Assembly: GCA_028695965.1 (NCBI GenBank)
Contig: JAQVHZ010000002.1
Location: 24,001 to 88,000 of the forward strand
Length of the DNA stretch: 64,000 nt
Reading direction: 5' to 3'
From: Thermoguttaceae bacterium
GTDB taxonomy: Bacteria > Planctomycetota > Planctomycetia > Pirellulales > Thermoguttaceae
A program made the position numbers and the translations under genes. Below the pieces are notes generated by a model, which had not been told where the DNA came from, searched no databases, and saw only the letters and a list, made by a program, of their open reading frames with translations. Each line of letters opens with the position of its first letter. Within the stretch, counting starts at the first letter, position 1. Shown here one piece after another: positions 1 through 9,163 of this stretch.

Positions 1-132
1 TCGCTTTGTATTGATCTCTGTTTCTATAATGTCAATAGTTGATTGAAAGAGAGCGGCGTTTCAACTCCATTGTTTAACTTCTATCCTGTCGAATTGACGC
101 CGTCAGAAACGCAGACCTGAGCCTGTTGTCGA

Positions 133-960
133 ATGGACGATCTAAGAAAACGCACAGAGCCGAGCGAAACGGAACAATTTCGCCGAACGGAGTTGATGCT
201 TGGGAAACCTGGCCTTGACGCGCTGCGCAGCTCGCGCGTGATGGTCGTTGGCTTAGGCGCGGTGGGGAGCTATGCGGTCGAGGCGCTCGCTCGCGCCGGC
301 GTCGGGCGGTTCCGGCTCGTCGATTTTGATCGTATTCAGGAGAGCAATATCAATCGCCAGCTGTTCGCGACCCATCTTTCTGTTGGAAAGTTGAAGACGG
401 ACGCTGCACGCGAACGTATTGCGTCGATTAATCCGACTGCGGTCGTCGAGACAAAAGCAATTTTAATCAACGACAAGACGCTCGGCGAACTCTTTGGAGG
501 AGACTGGGCGAGCCCCGTCGATTATGTCGTCGACGCGATCGATTCGCTTGGTCCGAAAGTAACGCTTGTCGCCGAACTCGTGAAACGCCGCGCGCGATTT
601 ATGTCGAGCATGGGCGCGGCGCTCCGATTCGACGCGTCCCTTGTCGAGGTCGGCAAGCTGACGGACGTCGTCAACTGCACGTTGGCAAGGCAGCTTCGCA
701 AGCGTCTTCGGCGCGTTGGAATCGATACGGACGCCGTGAAGTGCGTCTATTCGCCCGAGCCGGTCAGGGACGCGCAGCACGCCGGTAAAGACGTTTTCGA
801 ACGCGTCGAGCCCGCCGCCGCGCTCACGCCGGAGAACGCCGACAATCCGCCGGGCCGTCCTCGAAATACGCTTGGCAGTTTGCCGACGGTCGTCGGGCTT
901 TTTGGGCTGCGCATCGCCCATGAAGCGTTGCTCGACCTTTCTGGCGCTCGCGAGCGCTGA
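133..960 (+). CDS. tcdA: ThiF/MoeB/HesA-family E1-like protein, best fit tRNA threonylcarbamoyladenosine dehydratase (TcdA/CsdL)
   Basis: 275-aa ORF. Rossmann motif VVGLGAVGSYAVEALARAGVG is followed by RLVDFDRIQESNINRQ, the ThiF/TcdA signature. No MoeB/ThiF-type C-terminal CxxC pairs. Motif recognition only. Confidence 0.75.
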   Translation: MDDLRKRTEPSETEQFRRTELMLGKPGLDALRSSRVMVVGLGAVGSYAVEALARAGVGRFRLVDFDRIQESNINRQLFATHLSVGKLKTDAARERIASINPTAVVETKAILINDKTLGELFGGDWASPVDYVVDAIDSLGPKVTLVAELVKRRARFMSSMGAALRFDASLVEVGKLTDVVNCTLARQLRKRLRRVGIDTDAVKCVYSPEPVRDAQHAGKDVFERVEPAAALTPENADNPPGRPRNTLGSLPTVVGLFGLRIAHEALLDLSGARER

Positions 961-974
961 ACGTCGAGCAGCGC

Positions 975-3272
975 TTAGTTAGTTCGGCGTTGTCGAGAAT
1001 TGCGCAGCGCGTTCCAGAAATCGTCGAGCTTTTCGTCGACGGCGTCGAACCCCCAGAAGATCGGCTCGTTTCGAATGACGTCTTGCGTCGCCGCGCTCTC
1101 TTGCGCCGCAGCGGACGTTTCGTATTCTTCCTGCGCGCCAGACCCGCCCTGGACGGGCATATTCTCTTGCCCGTTTACAGCGCTGAGGATAATCACATAT
1201 TCTTCTCCGCCGTAACCCAAAGAATCGAGGACGTTAAGCGTGATGGCGCGCAGCCCGTTTACCGGCGCCGCGCAGTAGAAATGCGCGGCGTTCAACTTGT
1301 ATCCAAGTTCCGTAAAGAGCTCGGGCTCAGCGCCTTCGCCCCAGTCGATCGACCATTGCGCGACAGCGCGCCCGGTTGGGACGGTAATTGAGAGCGCAAC
1401 GGCGGCGCCCTCTAAGAACGTCTGCGCTTCGACGATAAACGTAGGCTCAACGCGCTCTTGGAACAAATAGATTTCTTCAATAGTCATGTCGACGCCGCGC
1501 TTAACCATAACGCGCGCCAGGGCTCTCTCTTCAATGGAATAGCCCGACGCAGAGGGGTTAAACCAGAGTTCCCGACGTCCTTGGATGAAGTTATTGAAGT
1601 TGATTTCGCGGGCGTTTGTAAGATCCCACCAGTATTCGCATTCTTCCGACTCGCCCAGCGCAGATTTCGCGCGCAAGAGAGCGGCGTTTCCCTCCTGAAC
1701 GCACTGCGCTTCAAATTCCTCGGTCGTAACGCGCGCGGCTCTTGACGCCGCGGTTTGGGCGATGAGGGAATCTTTTGCACAGACGCGGTAGAGCGCCGTT
1801 TTCTCGAAGGGTTTATAGGTTAGGGCCTCCGCTGTCCAGGAAGAGTCGGTAACTGACAAGTTGACCGACGTCCACGCTAATTTGTTGGAATCTCTGCTGA
1901 CAAGCGCGTATATCCGGCAGCTCGACGCGCTTGGCGTCCAAGAAATGACGTCCCCTTCTTTCGCGGCGGTTACGCATATTTCCGAATATGCCGTAACGTT
2001 GTTTCTATAAACGCGATAGAGGTAGTTTGTATTTGGCTTGACCGAACGGTCGACGTAATTTGCCTCGACAAGATTGTCGGCGACAACCGTCCACGTTCTG
2101 TTTTCATGCGCTATGTTGCGGTCGTCGACGCACCGTTCGACGGTATAATACGCGCCGCTTCTCTCGGCTGACAGATCTCCGTTTCCTCTTTGCCAAGTTA
2201 GCAGGACGTCCGCGCCGTCCGTTTTCGCAGTGACTTTAGTAGGGACGGGGGAATTGAGCGCGTCTGCGAAGGCGTAGTCGACTCGATAGCCTAAGTCTTC
2301 CATAATTCCAAGGGTAACGGGGGTAATCGTCGCCTCGTAACTTGCCGAAATGGCGTAATTCATGCAGTCGCGCTGATTCAAATAGAAATAGTACGTCGCA
2401 TAGAGCGAGCTGATATGGCAGCCGAAGGAGCCTGACGACGCAAAGGTTTCCATCAGAAAAGCGCCGTCGGCTACCATCGACGTAATTTCTGCCGGATAAG
2501 TCTTCTGGAACTGCTCAACCCCCTTTTGACCGACATAATACCAGTAGTGGGTTTCCGCCGCCAGCGTGTCTGCCAGATAAAGGGGCGTCTGCATACGTGT
2601 TTCGATGACGTTCAGCTTATGCATATAGGACAAGTTGTAGCCTAAGGAGTGCGCTATTTCGTGGAGCGCCGTGTTGTAGAAGACTCTTTGGACAGTCTCG
2701 CTGGGATTGGCGACGAAGTATTTTGCATTGAAAATCAGCGAGCCGGTCGCCGGGAGACCTGCTCCGTCGGCGCGATAGTATCCGTTGTTAAGAGACGTTC
2801 CAAGGCTTAGCGTCGAGGCGTAAGAGTCGGTGAAGCCGAAGTAGAGACACATATCGTCGATGGTAATCGTTTGGCCGTCGACGGCGTGCGGATAGTTTAC
2901 GTCAGGAGCGCCTTCGGCAAGAACTTCTTCCCAATGCGCAATAGCTCGTTCCCAGAGATCAATGTAGACCTGATCGGTAAGAGGGCAATAATAGTAATCT
3001 CCGTAATATTCTAAGCCCGAATTGCCAAGAATGCGGACGCGGCCCGTAGTGCGGAGGGTGTAATCGATATTGTAATCGTCAAAAAAAAGTTCGCTTTCGG
3101 CGTCGGCGTAAGGAGCTTGCACGACGTCGTCCAGAACGTTCAATGCCGAGTCGGCGCTGAGTAGCGCGCGTTCTTCCAGAAATTCGACGCGCAAGCGCCT
3201 CGCCGCTTCGCCATGGCGCGACGTTTTGGTCTTGCGTTGACGCTTCAAGCGTTTTAACATTTTCTGGAACAT
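975..3272 (-). CDS. secreted zinc-metalloprotease-like protein with FN3-like C-terminal modules
   Basis: Long ORF. Preferred start is ATG at 3272 (MFQKMLKRLKRQRK...) rather than the ORF-track start at 3344. A basic N-terminus is followed by LRVEFLEERALLSAD. HEIAH (HExxH) lies at 2649-2663. FN3-like segments include 'VLLTWQRG...YYTVER...YLYRVY'. Confidence 0.75.
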   Translation of the reverse strand: MFQKMLKRLKRQRKTKTSRHGEAARRLRVEFLEERALLSADSALNVLDDVVQAPYADAESELFFDDYNIDYTLRTTGRVRILGNSGLEYYGDYYYCPLTDQVYIDLWERAIAHWEEVLAEGAPDVNYPHAVDGQTITIDDMCLYFGFTDSYASTLSLGTSLNNGYYRADGAGLPATGSLIFNAKYFVANPSETVQRVFYNTALHEIAHSLGYNLSYMHKLNVIETRMQTPLYLADTLAAETHYWYYVGQKGVEQFQKTYPAEITSMVADGAFLMETFASSGSFGCHISSLYATYYFYLNQRDCMNYAISASYEATITPVTLGIMEDLGYRVDYAFADALNSPVPTKVTAKTDGADVLLTWQRGNGDLSAERSGAYYTVERCVDDRNIAHENRTWTVVADNLVEANYVDRSVKPNTNYLYRVYRNNVTAYSEICVTAAKEGDVISWTPSASSCRIYALVSRDSNKLAWTSVNLSVTDSSWTAEALTYKPFEKTALYRVCAKDSLIAQTAASRAARVTTEEFEAQCVQEGNAALLRAKSALGESEECEYWWDLTNAREINFNNFIQGRRELWFNPSASGYSIEERALARVMVKRGVDMTIEEIYLFQERVEPTFIVEAQTFLEGAAVALSITVPTGRAVAQWSIDWGEGAEPELFTELGYKLNAAHFYCAAPVNGLRAITLNVLDSLGYGGEEYVIILSAVNGQENMPVQGGSGAQEEYETSAAAQESAATQDVIRNEPIFWGFDAVDEKLDDFWNALRNSRQRRTN

Positions 3273-3446
3273 TCCGCCCGATCTTTCTTTTTCACAATGC
3301 CCCCATTTTTGATTTAGACGCATAATACTTGCAATAATGCGCATGATTTTAAAATAATCAGCGCGTGTTGTCTAGCCCGAATATAAAGACCGTATCGATT
3401 TTACGAGCCGCGGAGCCGATCTTTCAGTGGATTTTTTGAAATCTGC

Positions 3447-3475
3447 TTGACTTCTTGAACCCTAATCTTTATCCT
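3447..3475 (+). promoter_or_regulatory. sigma70-like promoter candidate for ligA
   Basis: TTGACT (3447-3452), 17-nt spacer, TATCCT (3470-3475), ~40 nt upstream of the ligA ATG. Planctomycete promoter rules are poorly known. Confidence 0.3.
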
Positions 3476-3518
3476 AATCTAGATATTAACCAAGTCCATC
3501 TTTTCGGAGTATTTCCTA

Positions 3519-5591
3519 ATGACACGCGACGAAGCCCAACTTGAAATTGCACGACTCAGCGACGAAATTCGACGCAACGACCAACTCTATTACGTCGAAG
3601 CCGCCCCAACGCTTTTGGATCACGAGTACGATTATCTTGTCAAGCGTCTCAAGGAGCTTGAGGAGGAGTTTCCGGATCTTATTTTGCCGACGAGTCCAAC
3701 GCAGCGCATTGGGGAAAAGCTCGAAGGAAAAGCGGAGGTCGTTCAGCATACGACGACGATGCTCTCGATCGAAAACGTCTACGACGACGGGTCGCTGCGC
3801 GAATTTGTTGCGTCGGCGCAGAAGAACTTCAACGAGCCGCTCGCGTGGGTCTGCGAATTGAAAATCGACGGGGTCGCCGCGTCGCTCTTTTATGAACGCG
3901 GCGTCTTGACGCGCGCGCTCACTCGCGGCGACGGACAATTTGGCGAAGACGTCACCGCCAACGTTCGCACGATTCGCGACGTGCCGCTGCGCTTGCAGGA
4001 CGGGGCGCCAGACTCGCTGGAAGTTCGCGGCGAGATCTACATGACAAACGAGAATCTCGCGCGGCTCAACGATCTCGAGTACGAACGCGCGCTCGCGGCC
4101 GGGCGCGAATTCAAGCCTTATGCGAACTCGCGCAATTTGACGTCCGGCACGATTAAGCAGCGCGACCCCGCCGTCTGCGCCGAACGCCGCCTGCAGTTCT
4201 TCGCGCACTCGACCGGCGCGGACCCCGGCGTCGTGGCGCCGACCCATTTTGAATTTATGCAGAAGCTGCGCCAATTTGGTTTTTCGACCGCGCCGTTCCT
4301 GAAACGCTTCGAGGATTTTGAGAAAGCGTTGGAATATGTTCATGAAACGCAGGAACGTCTGCACGAACTTGATTTTGAAGTCGACGGATTTGTGCTGAAA
4401 GTCGACGACTTCAACGCTCGAGAGGAAATTGGCTCGACGTCGAAATATCCCAAGTGGGCCGTCGCGTGCAAATTCGAAAAATACGAGGCGCAGACGACGG
4501 TTCGCGATATCGTCGTTCAGATCGGCAAGTCGGGAGTCGTAACGCCGGTTGCGGAACTTGAGCCGGTCGAGATTGCCGGAACGACCGTCTCGCGCGCAAC
4601 CCTTCACAACGCCGAGGAGATCGAGCGCAAAGACGTCCGCGTTGGAGACGCGGTCATCGTCGAAAAGGCGGGCAAAATCATACCGCATATTGTGCGCGTC
4701 GAGACCTATTTACGTTCGCATGAGAATCCGCCAAAACCCTTTGAGTTTCCGGAGGAATGTCCGAGTTGCGGATACGAGCTTAAAAAAGACGCCGACTCCG
4801 TCTTCATCCGCTGCGGCAATCCCGAATGCGCGGCGCAGTTCCGCGAAAGACTCGCGTTTTTCGCCTCCAAAGACGCCATGGATATCGACGGGGTCGGGCC
4901 GGCGCTCGTCGAACGGCTCACGAGCGCATTGCCCGGCAATTTGTTGGGGGACGAATCGCGGCTCGTCAGGTCTTTTGCCGATCTCTATCGACTGACGCCT
5001 GAAGACCTTATGCAGCTTGAAGGAATCAAGCAGAAATCGGCGGCGAATATTGTCGAGGCGATTCAAGGGAGCAAGAGCCGCGGTCCCGCGCGGCTTCTCG
5101 CGGGCATTTCGATCGCGGGTATCGGCGTCAGCGCCGCTAAGAAGATTATCAAAAAATTCCGGTCGTTTGACGCGCTGGAGCAGACGACTTCCCCCGACGA
5201 TTTCCTTACCGTCGAAGACGTCGGAACGGTTCTAGCCCAGAATCTTTTCGACTTTTTCCATTCCGAGGAGGGGCTTCGTATCGTCGCAGACTTGCGTTCG
5301 GTCGGGCTTGATATGGCGCTTGAACCCCTTTCGGAAGAAGAGACCAGCGCCGCTAAGCCGCTCGAAGGCAAGACGATTTGCGCTACCGGAACGCTCGACA
5401 ATTACGATCGATCTGAAATCAAGGAGACGATCGAGCGTTTTGGAGGGAAAGCAAGTTCGTCCGTTTCTAAGAAAACGACGTTTTTGCTTGTCGGCTCGAA
5501 CCCCGGCGCGGCGAAAGTCGACAAAGCGGCGGAGCTCGGCGTTCCGACCATTACGGAAGAGGAATTCCAGGCGATGATTGAAGCCGAATAG
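3519..5591 (+). CDS. ligA: NAD-dependent DNA ligase LigA
   Basis: 690 aa. Adenylation motif CELKIDGVAASL (KxDG), Zn-finger CPSCGYELKKDADSVFIRCGNPEC, HhH region and a C-terminal BRCT-like 'GKTICATGTL...FLLVG'. Confidence 0.97.
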   Translation: MTRDEAQLEIARLSDEIRRNDQLYYVEAAPTLLDHEYDYLVKRLKELEEEFPDLILPTSPTQRIGEKLEGKAEVVQHTTTMLSIENVYDDGSLREFVASAQKNFNEPLAWVCELKIDGVAASLFYERGVLTRALTRGDGQFGEDVTANVRTIRDVPLRLQDGAPDSLEVRGEIYMTNENLARLNDLEYERALAAGREFKPYANSRNLTSGTIKQRDPAVCAERRLQFFAHSTGADPGVVAPTHFEFMQKLRQFGFSTAPFLKRFEDFEKALEYVHETQERLHELDFEVDGFVLKVDDFNAREEIGSTSKYPKWAVACKFEKYEAQTTVRDIVVQIGKSGVVTPVAELEPVEIAGTTVSRATLHNAEEIERKDVRVGDAVIVEKAGKIIPHIVRVETYLRSHENPPKPFEFPEECPSCGYELKKDADSVFIRCGNPECAAQFRERLAFFASKDAMDIDGVGPALVERLTSALPGNLLGDESRLVRSFADLYRLTPEDLMQLEGIKQKSAANIVEAIQGSKSRGPARLLAGISIAGIGVSAAKKIIKKFRSFDALEQTTSPDDFLTVEDVGTVLAQNLFDFFHSEEGLRIVADLRSVGLDMALEPLSEEETSAAKPLEGKTICATGTLDNYDRSEIKETIERFGGKASSSVSKKTTFLLVGSNPGAAKVDKAAELGVPTITEEEFQAMIEAE

Positions 5592-5644
5592 GCGTTTGAG
5601 CTCGAAAGACGTCGAGGCTCTAAGAGCGCCGAGAATCTCAGCGT

Positions 5645-6271
5645 CTACGCCGCTTTTTCTTTGAAGGTGACCTTCATTCGCCGCGTTCCGTTCCTTTCCG
5701 AATCTTGGACGCGCTCGCGCGCGGGCGCGTTCCGTTCTCCTTTGCCGCCGTCCGCCGTTTCGGTTCCGACTTCTGGCGCTGTTTTGCCTGAACCGTCGTC
5801 GGGAGCAAGCTCTGTTGTTTCTGCGGATTCCGAGGAGACGAAGCTCGGTTTTGCTAAGAGAACGGCGCCAAGCGCTGCGAACAGCGTCAGCATAATGGCA
5901 AAGGAAAGAACAAGCGCCGTCCAGAACAACTTCATGCTGGAGACGTCCCTTTTTTCAGAGGAGTCGGCAAGCGCTTTGGAAACTATTGGCTCGGTTGAGT
6001 CGGAGACGGACGATTCGTCTAAAAAATTGCTCGTTTCCGAGGAGAAGATGCGTTCAATTTCTATTTCTTGAACCGTGTTTTTCAGGTAGAAGATTAACTC
6101 CTTGTTGACAAGTCTTTCGTCGACGTCTCGCGCGCGCCCTTGAACGCCGTCGAGCCAAACGCGCTCTTCAGCGTCCAACTCGCCGGACGCCGTCTTGTCG
6201 AAGAACTGCGCGACGCCGATTTCTGTTCGAATTCCGTCGATTTCAATTTCAAAAGTCTGCATTGTTCTCAC
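5645..6271 (-). CDS. hypothetical single-pass membrane protein
   Basis: 208-aa ORF with balanced composition. One clear TM helix (LFWTALVLSFAIMLTLFAALGAVLLA) and an acidic/Gly-rich C-terminal tail. The overlapping plus-strand ORF 5661-6071 is Ser/Arg-rich and shadow-like. Confidence 0.55.
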   Translation of the reverse strand: MRTMQTFEIEIDGIRTEIGVAQFFDKTASGELDAEERVWLDGVQGRARDVDERLVNKELIFYLKNTVQEIEIERIFSSETSNFLDESSVSDSTEPIVSKALADSSEKRDVSSMKLFWTALVLSFAIMLTLFAALGAVLLAKPSFVSSESAETTELAPDDGSGKTAPEVGTETADGGKGERNAPARERVQDSERNGTRRMKVTFKEKAA

Positions 6272-6416
6272 TTTTGGGAATCGCGAGGACGAGAAACGTT
6301 ACGTTTCTCATTTGTCAACGCTCTTATTCTAAATTTGTTTTATTGGGGCGTCAAGAGAGCGGAAAATCTGCGGTTGTTTATACTGTTCCGGGGGCTGTAA
6401 ATCGGATTTCGAGCGC

Positions 6417-6445
6417 TTGCGTCTCACGTGAAAATCGTGTATACT
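6417..6445 (+). promoter_or_regulatory. sigma70-like promoter candidate for accA
   Basis: TTGCGT, 17-nt spacer, TATACT. This would give a ~105-nt leader before the ATG at 6557. Confidence 0.35.
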
Positions 6446-6556
6446 ATCGGGGGTAATTTTCGACGTGTCAGCGCCCGGGCTTTCGCGCCGACGTCCGGCG
6501 AGAAACGTTTTTTCGCCGGGTATGACCGACCGCCGCTTAGAACAGAGAGTATCTTC

Positions 6557-7573
6557 ATGCCAGCGCCTGAACAACGTCTTTCTTTTGAAAAGCCAATTTT
6601 TGAAATGGAAGCGCGTCTTGAATCTTTGCGCCAAAATGCGAACTCGCCGGAGATTCGAGACGAGATCCAACGGCTGCGTCTCGGGCTTGCCGAGTTGACG
6701 CGCAAGATTTATGCGGACCTTTCGGCATGGGAAACAGTTGAAGTCTCGCGACATCCGGAACGTCCTCAAACGGTCGATTATATCGACCTTGTCTTCGACG
6801 AATTTGTCGAGCTTCACGGGGACAAGACATTCGGAGACGACCGCGCTATTCGGACAGGCTGGGCCAAACTCGACGAGTTCAAAGCGATGGTCGTCGGGCA
6901 CCAGAAGGGCCGCGATTCCAAGGAGCGCGTCCTATGCAATTTCGGCTGCGCGCATCCAGAGGGATATCGCAAAGCGATCGCAAAGATGAAGATGGCGGCA
7001 AAATTCGGCATACCGATCGTCTGCTTTGTCGACACGCCGGGCGCGTACCCCGGCATAGCTTCTGAGGAGCGCGGCGTCGCTCAGGCGATCGCGGACGCCA
7101 TGTTTGTCGCGTCGACCCTTCCGACGCCGATCGTCTGCGTCGTCATTGGCGAAGGGGGCAGCGGGGGCGCGATCGGAATTTGCGTCGGGGATCGCGTTGC
7201 GATGCTCGAGTTTTCGTATTACAGCGTCATTAGCCCCGAGGGCTGCGCTGGGATCCTTTGGAAGAGCGGCGAGTATAAAGACAAAGCGGCGGAAGCGCTC
7301 CGATTTACGTCCAAAGACCTGCTCAAATTCGAGGTTGTCGACGACGTCATCGAGGAGCCGGTCGGCGGCGCGCATCGCGACCATCGCCTCATGGCGCTGC
7401 GCGTCAAGCAGTATCTTCGCGCTCAGCTTCGCGAATTGACGAAGATTCCTGTCGACGAACTGGTCGAAAAACGTTACCAACGTTTCCGTAAATTTGGCGT
7501 TTTCGAAACCGAGGCTCTTGAGACGGCGTCTGAAGTATCAGAAGAAAAGCCAGACGGCGCTCAGGTAATTTAA
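6557..7573 (+). CDS. accA: acetyl-CoA carboxylase carboxyltransferase subunit alpha
   Basis: Homology-like sequence begins at MPAPEQRLSFEKPIFEMEARLESL. Motifs include 'HPERPQTVDYI' and 'FVDTPGAYPGIASEERGVAQAIA'. The ORF-track start at 6428 would add a non-conserved 43-aa extension. Confidence 0.95.
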   Translation: MPAPEQRLSFEKPIFEMEARLESLRQNANSPEIRDEIQRLRLGLAELTRKIYADLSAWETVEVSRHPERPQTVDYIDLVFDEFVELHGDKTFGDDRAIRTGWAKLDEFKAMVVGHQKGRDSKERVLCNFGCAHPEGYRKAIAKMKMAAKFGIPIVCFVDTPGAYPGIASEERGVAQAIADAMFVASTLPTPIVCVVIGEGGSGGAIGICVGDRVAMLEFSYYSVISPEGCAGILWKSGEYKDKAAEALRFTSKDLLKFEVVDDVIEEPVGGAHRDHRLMALRVKQYLRAQLRELTKIPVDELVEKRYQRFRKFGVFETEALETASEVSEEKPDGAQVI

Positions 7574-7610
7574 TCGTTTTCGTACTCTTGCGAGTGGAGC
7601 GTGAACTATT

Positions 7611-9149
7611 ATGCTTGCGAAATTAAAGACGTTTTCGCTTCAAGGCGCGTCCGCTTTTGCCATCGACGTCGAGGTTTCGTTCATCTATCGCGAAGGAGCC
7701 GTGCCTAACACGACGATCGTTGGTCTTGCCGAGACGGTCGTGCGCGAGAGTCTTCCTCGCGTGAAGACGGCGATCATCAGCTCAGGCTATGCGCCTCCCG
7801 TCGGGGACCTGGTCGTGAATCTTGCGCCTGCGGACCTTCCGAAACAGGCGGCCTCCTTCGATCTGCCGATCTCTCTTGCTCAGATCGTCGCGTCCGGGCA
7901 GGCGAATTTGAATTTCGACGATTACGCTGTGGTTGGAGAGCTTGCGCTCGACGGCTCTGTCCGCCCTTGCCGCGGCGTCTTGGCGTTTGCTCGAAAAGCG
8001 CGCGATATGGGCTTAAAGGGGATCGTTGTGCCCGCCGAAAACGCCAGAGAGGCCGCGCTTGTCGACGAAATCGAAGCGATTCCCGTCTCCACGCTGACGC
8101 AAGCGGTCCATTTTCTTTCCGGCGAACTGATGATCGAGCCCGCGCCGGGGCTCATGATGGACGAGTACCGTCGGCTTTCTCAATACGATATCGATTTTTC
8201 AGAAGTTCACGGTCAAGAGACGGCCAAGCGCGCGATGACGATCGCCGCCGCCGGCGCGCACAACCTCTTGATGTTCGGGCCACCGGGCACAGGTAAGACG
8301 ATGTTGGCGAAACGTCTTGCGACGATTTTGCCCCCTCCCACCCTTGACGAAGCGCTCGAGACGACGGAAATTTACAGCGCGGTCGGAAAAGTAACCTCCG
8401 ACACGCCCCTAATCGCAACGCGGCCTTTTCGCGAGCCGCACCATTCGATTAGCGAGCCCGGCTTGATTGGCGGCGGGGCGTACCCGACGCCGGGCGAAAT
8501 CAGCTTGGCAAACAACGGCGTCCTCTTTCTGGACGAATTGCCGGAATTCAACCGCAAGACGCTCGAATCGCTGCGCCAGCCGCTCGAAGACGGCAAGGCG
8601 ACCATCAGGCGCGCGAACAGAACGGAGACGTTTCCCGCAAGATTTATCCTGATCGCTGCGATGAATCCGTGCCCGTGCGGGTTCCGGAACGATCCGCGCC
8701 GAGAGTGCCGATGCACGACCCTTCAGATCGAACGCTATATGGCGAAAATTAGCGGTCCGCTCCTAGACCGGATCGATATCCATATCGAGACGCCTCCTGT
8801 CGCGTATAAAGATCTGGCGTCGACCGAAGGGCAGACGTCGAGCGCCGAGATTCACGTGAAGGTCATGAAGGCGCGTCAAGTTCAGTTGGAACGTTATGAA
8901 AACGCTAAAATAACGGTCAATTCTCAAATGCGCCGCAGACATATCAACGAATGGGGACGCTTAGACGAGGCCTGCGGAAAAATGCTTGAAAAAGCAATGA
9001 ATGATTTTGGATTTTCCGCGCGCGCTCACGACAAAATATTGCGCGTCGCGCGCACCATTGCCGACCTGGAAGGGGAAGAGAAAATCGTCGAGCAATGTTT
9101 GTGGGAAGCGATCGGGTATCGGACGCTTGACCGTAAATTGTGGAAATGA
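7611..9149 (+). CDS. comM: YifB/ComM-family Mg-chelatase-like AAA+ ATPase
   Basis: 512 aa. N-terminal Lon-protease-like domain, Walker A FGPPGTGKTMLAKRL, 'LFLDELPEF' Walker B, and a 'CPCG...C.C' zinc motif typical of the family. Confidence 0.93.
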   Translation: MLAKLKTFSLQGASAFAIDVEVSFIYREGAVPNTTIVGLAETVVRESLPRVKTAIISSGYAPPVGDLVVNLAPADLPKQAASFDLPISLAQIVASGQANLNFDDYAVVGELALDGSVRPCRGVLAFARKARDMGLKGIVVPAENAREAALVDEIEAIPVSTLTQAVHFLSGELMIEPAPGLMMDEYRRLSQYDIDFSEVHGQETAKRAMTIAAAGAHNLLMFGPPGTGKTMLAKRLATILPPPTLDEALETTEIYSAVGKVTSDTPLIATRPFREPHHSISEPGLIGGGAYPTPGEISLANNGVLFLDELPEFNRKTLESLRQPLEDGKATIRRANRTETFPARFILIAAMNPCPCGFRNDPRRECRCTTLQIERYMAKISGPLLDRIDIHIETPPVAYKDLASTEGQTSSAEIHVKVMKARQVQLERYENAKITVNSQMRRRHINEWGRLDEACGKMLEKAMNDFGFSARAHDKILRVARTIADLEGEEKIVEQCLWEAIGYRTLDRKLWK

Positions 9150-9163
9150 GATAATATAGAGTA

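Noticed and set aside
11-30. TTGATC ... TATAAT upstream of tcdA as a promoter
   Set aside because: The spacer between the hexamers is only 8 nt (14 nt from the alternative TTTGTA), outside the sigma70 range.
3516-4688. 390-aa minus-strand ORF antisense to ligA
   Set aside because: It lies entirely inside the unambiguous LigA frame. Its Arg/Phe/Leu-rich composition is typical of shadow ORFs in GC-rich DNA.
6428-6556. N-terminal 43-aa extension of accA from the ORF-track start
   Set aside because: The extension is Arg/Gly/Phe-rich with no similarity to the AccA N-terminus. The candidate promoter at 6417-6445 would place the transcription start inside it.
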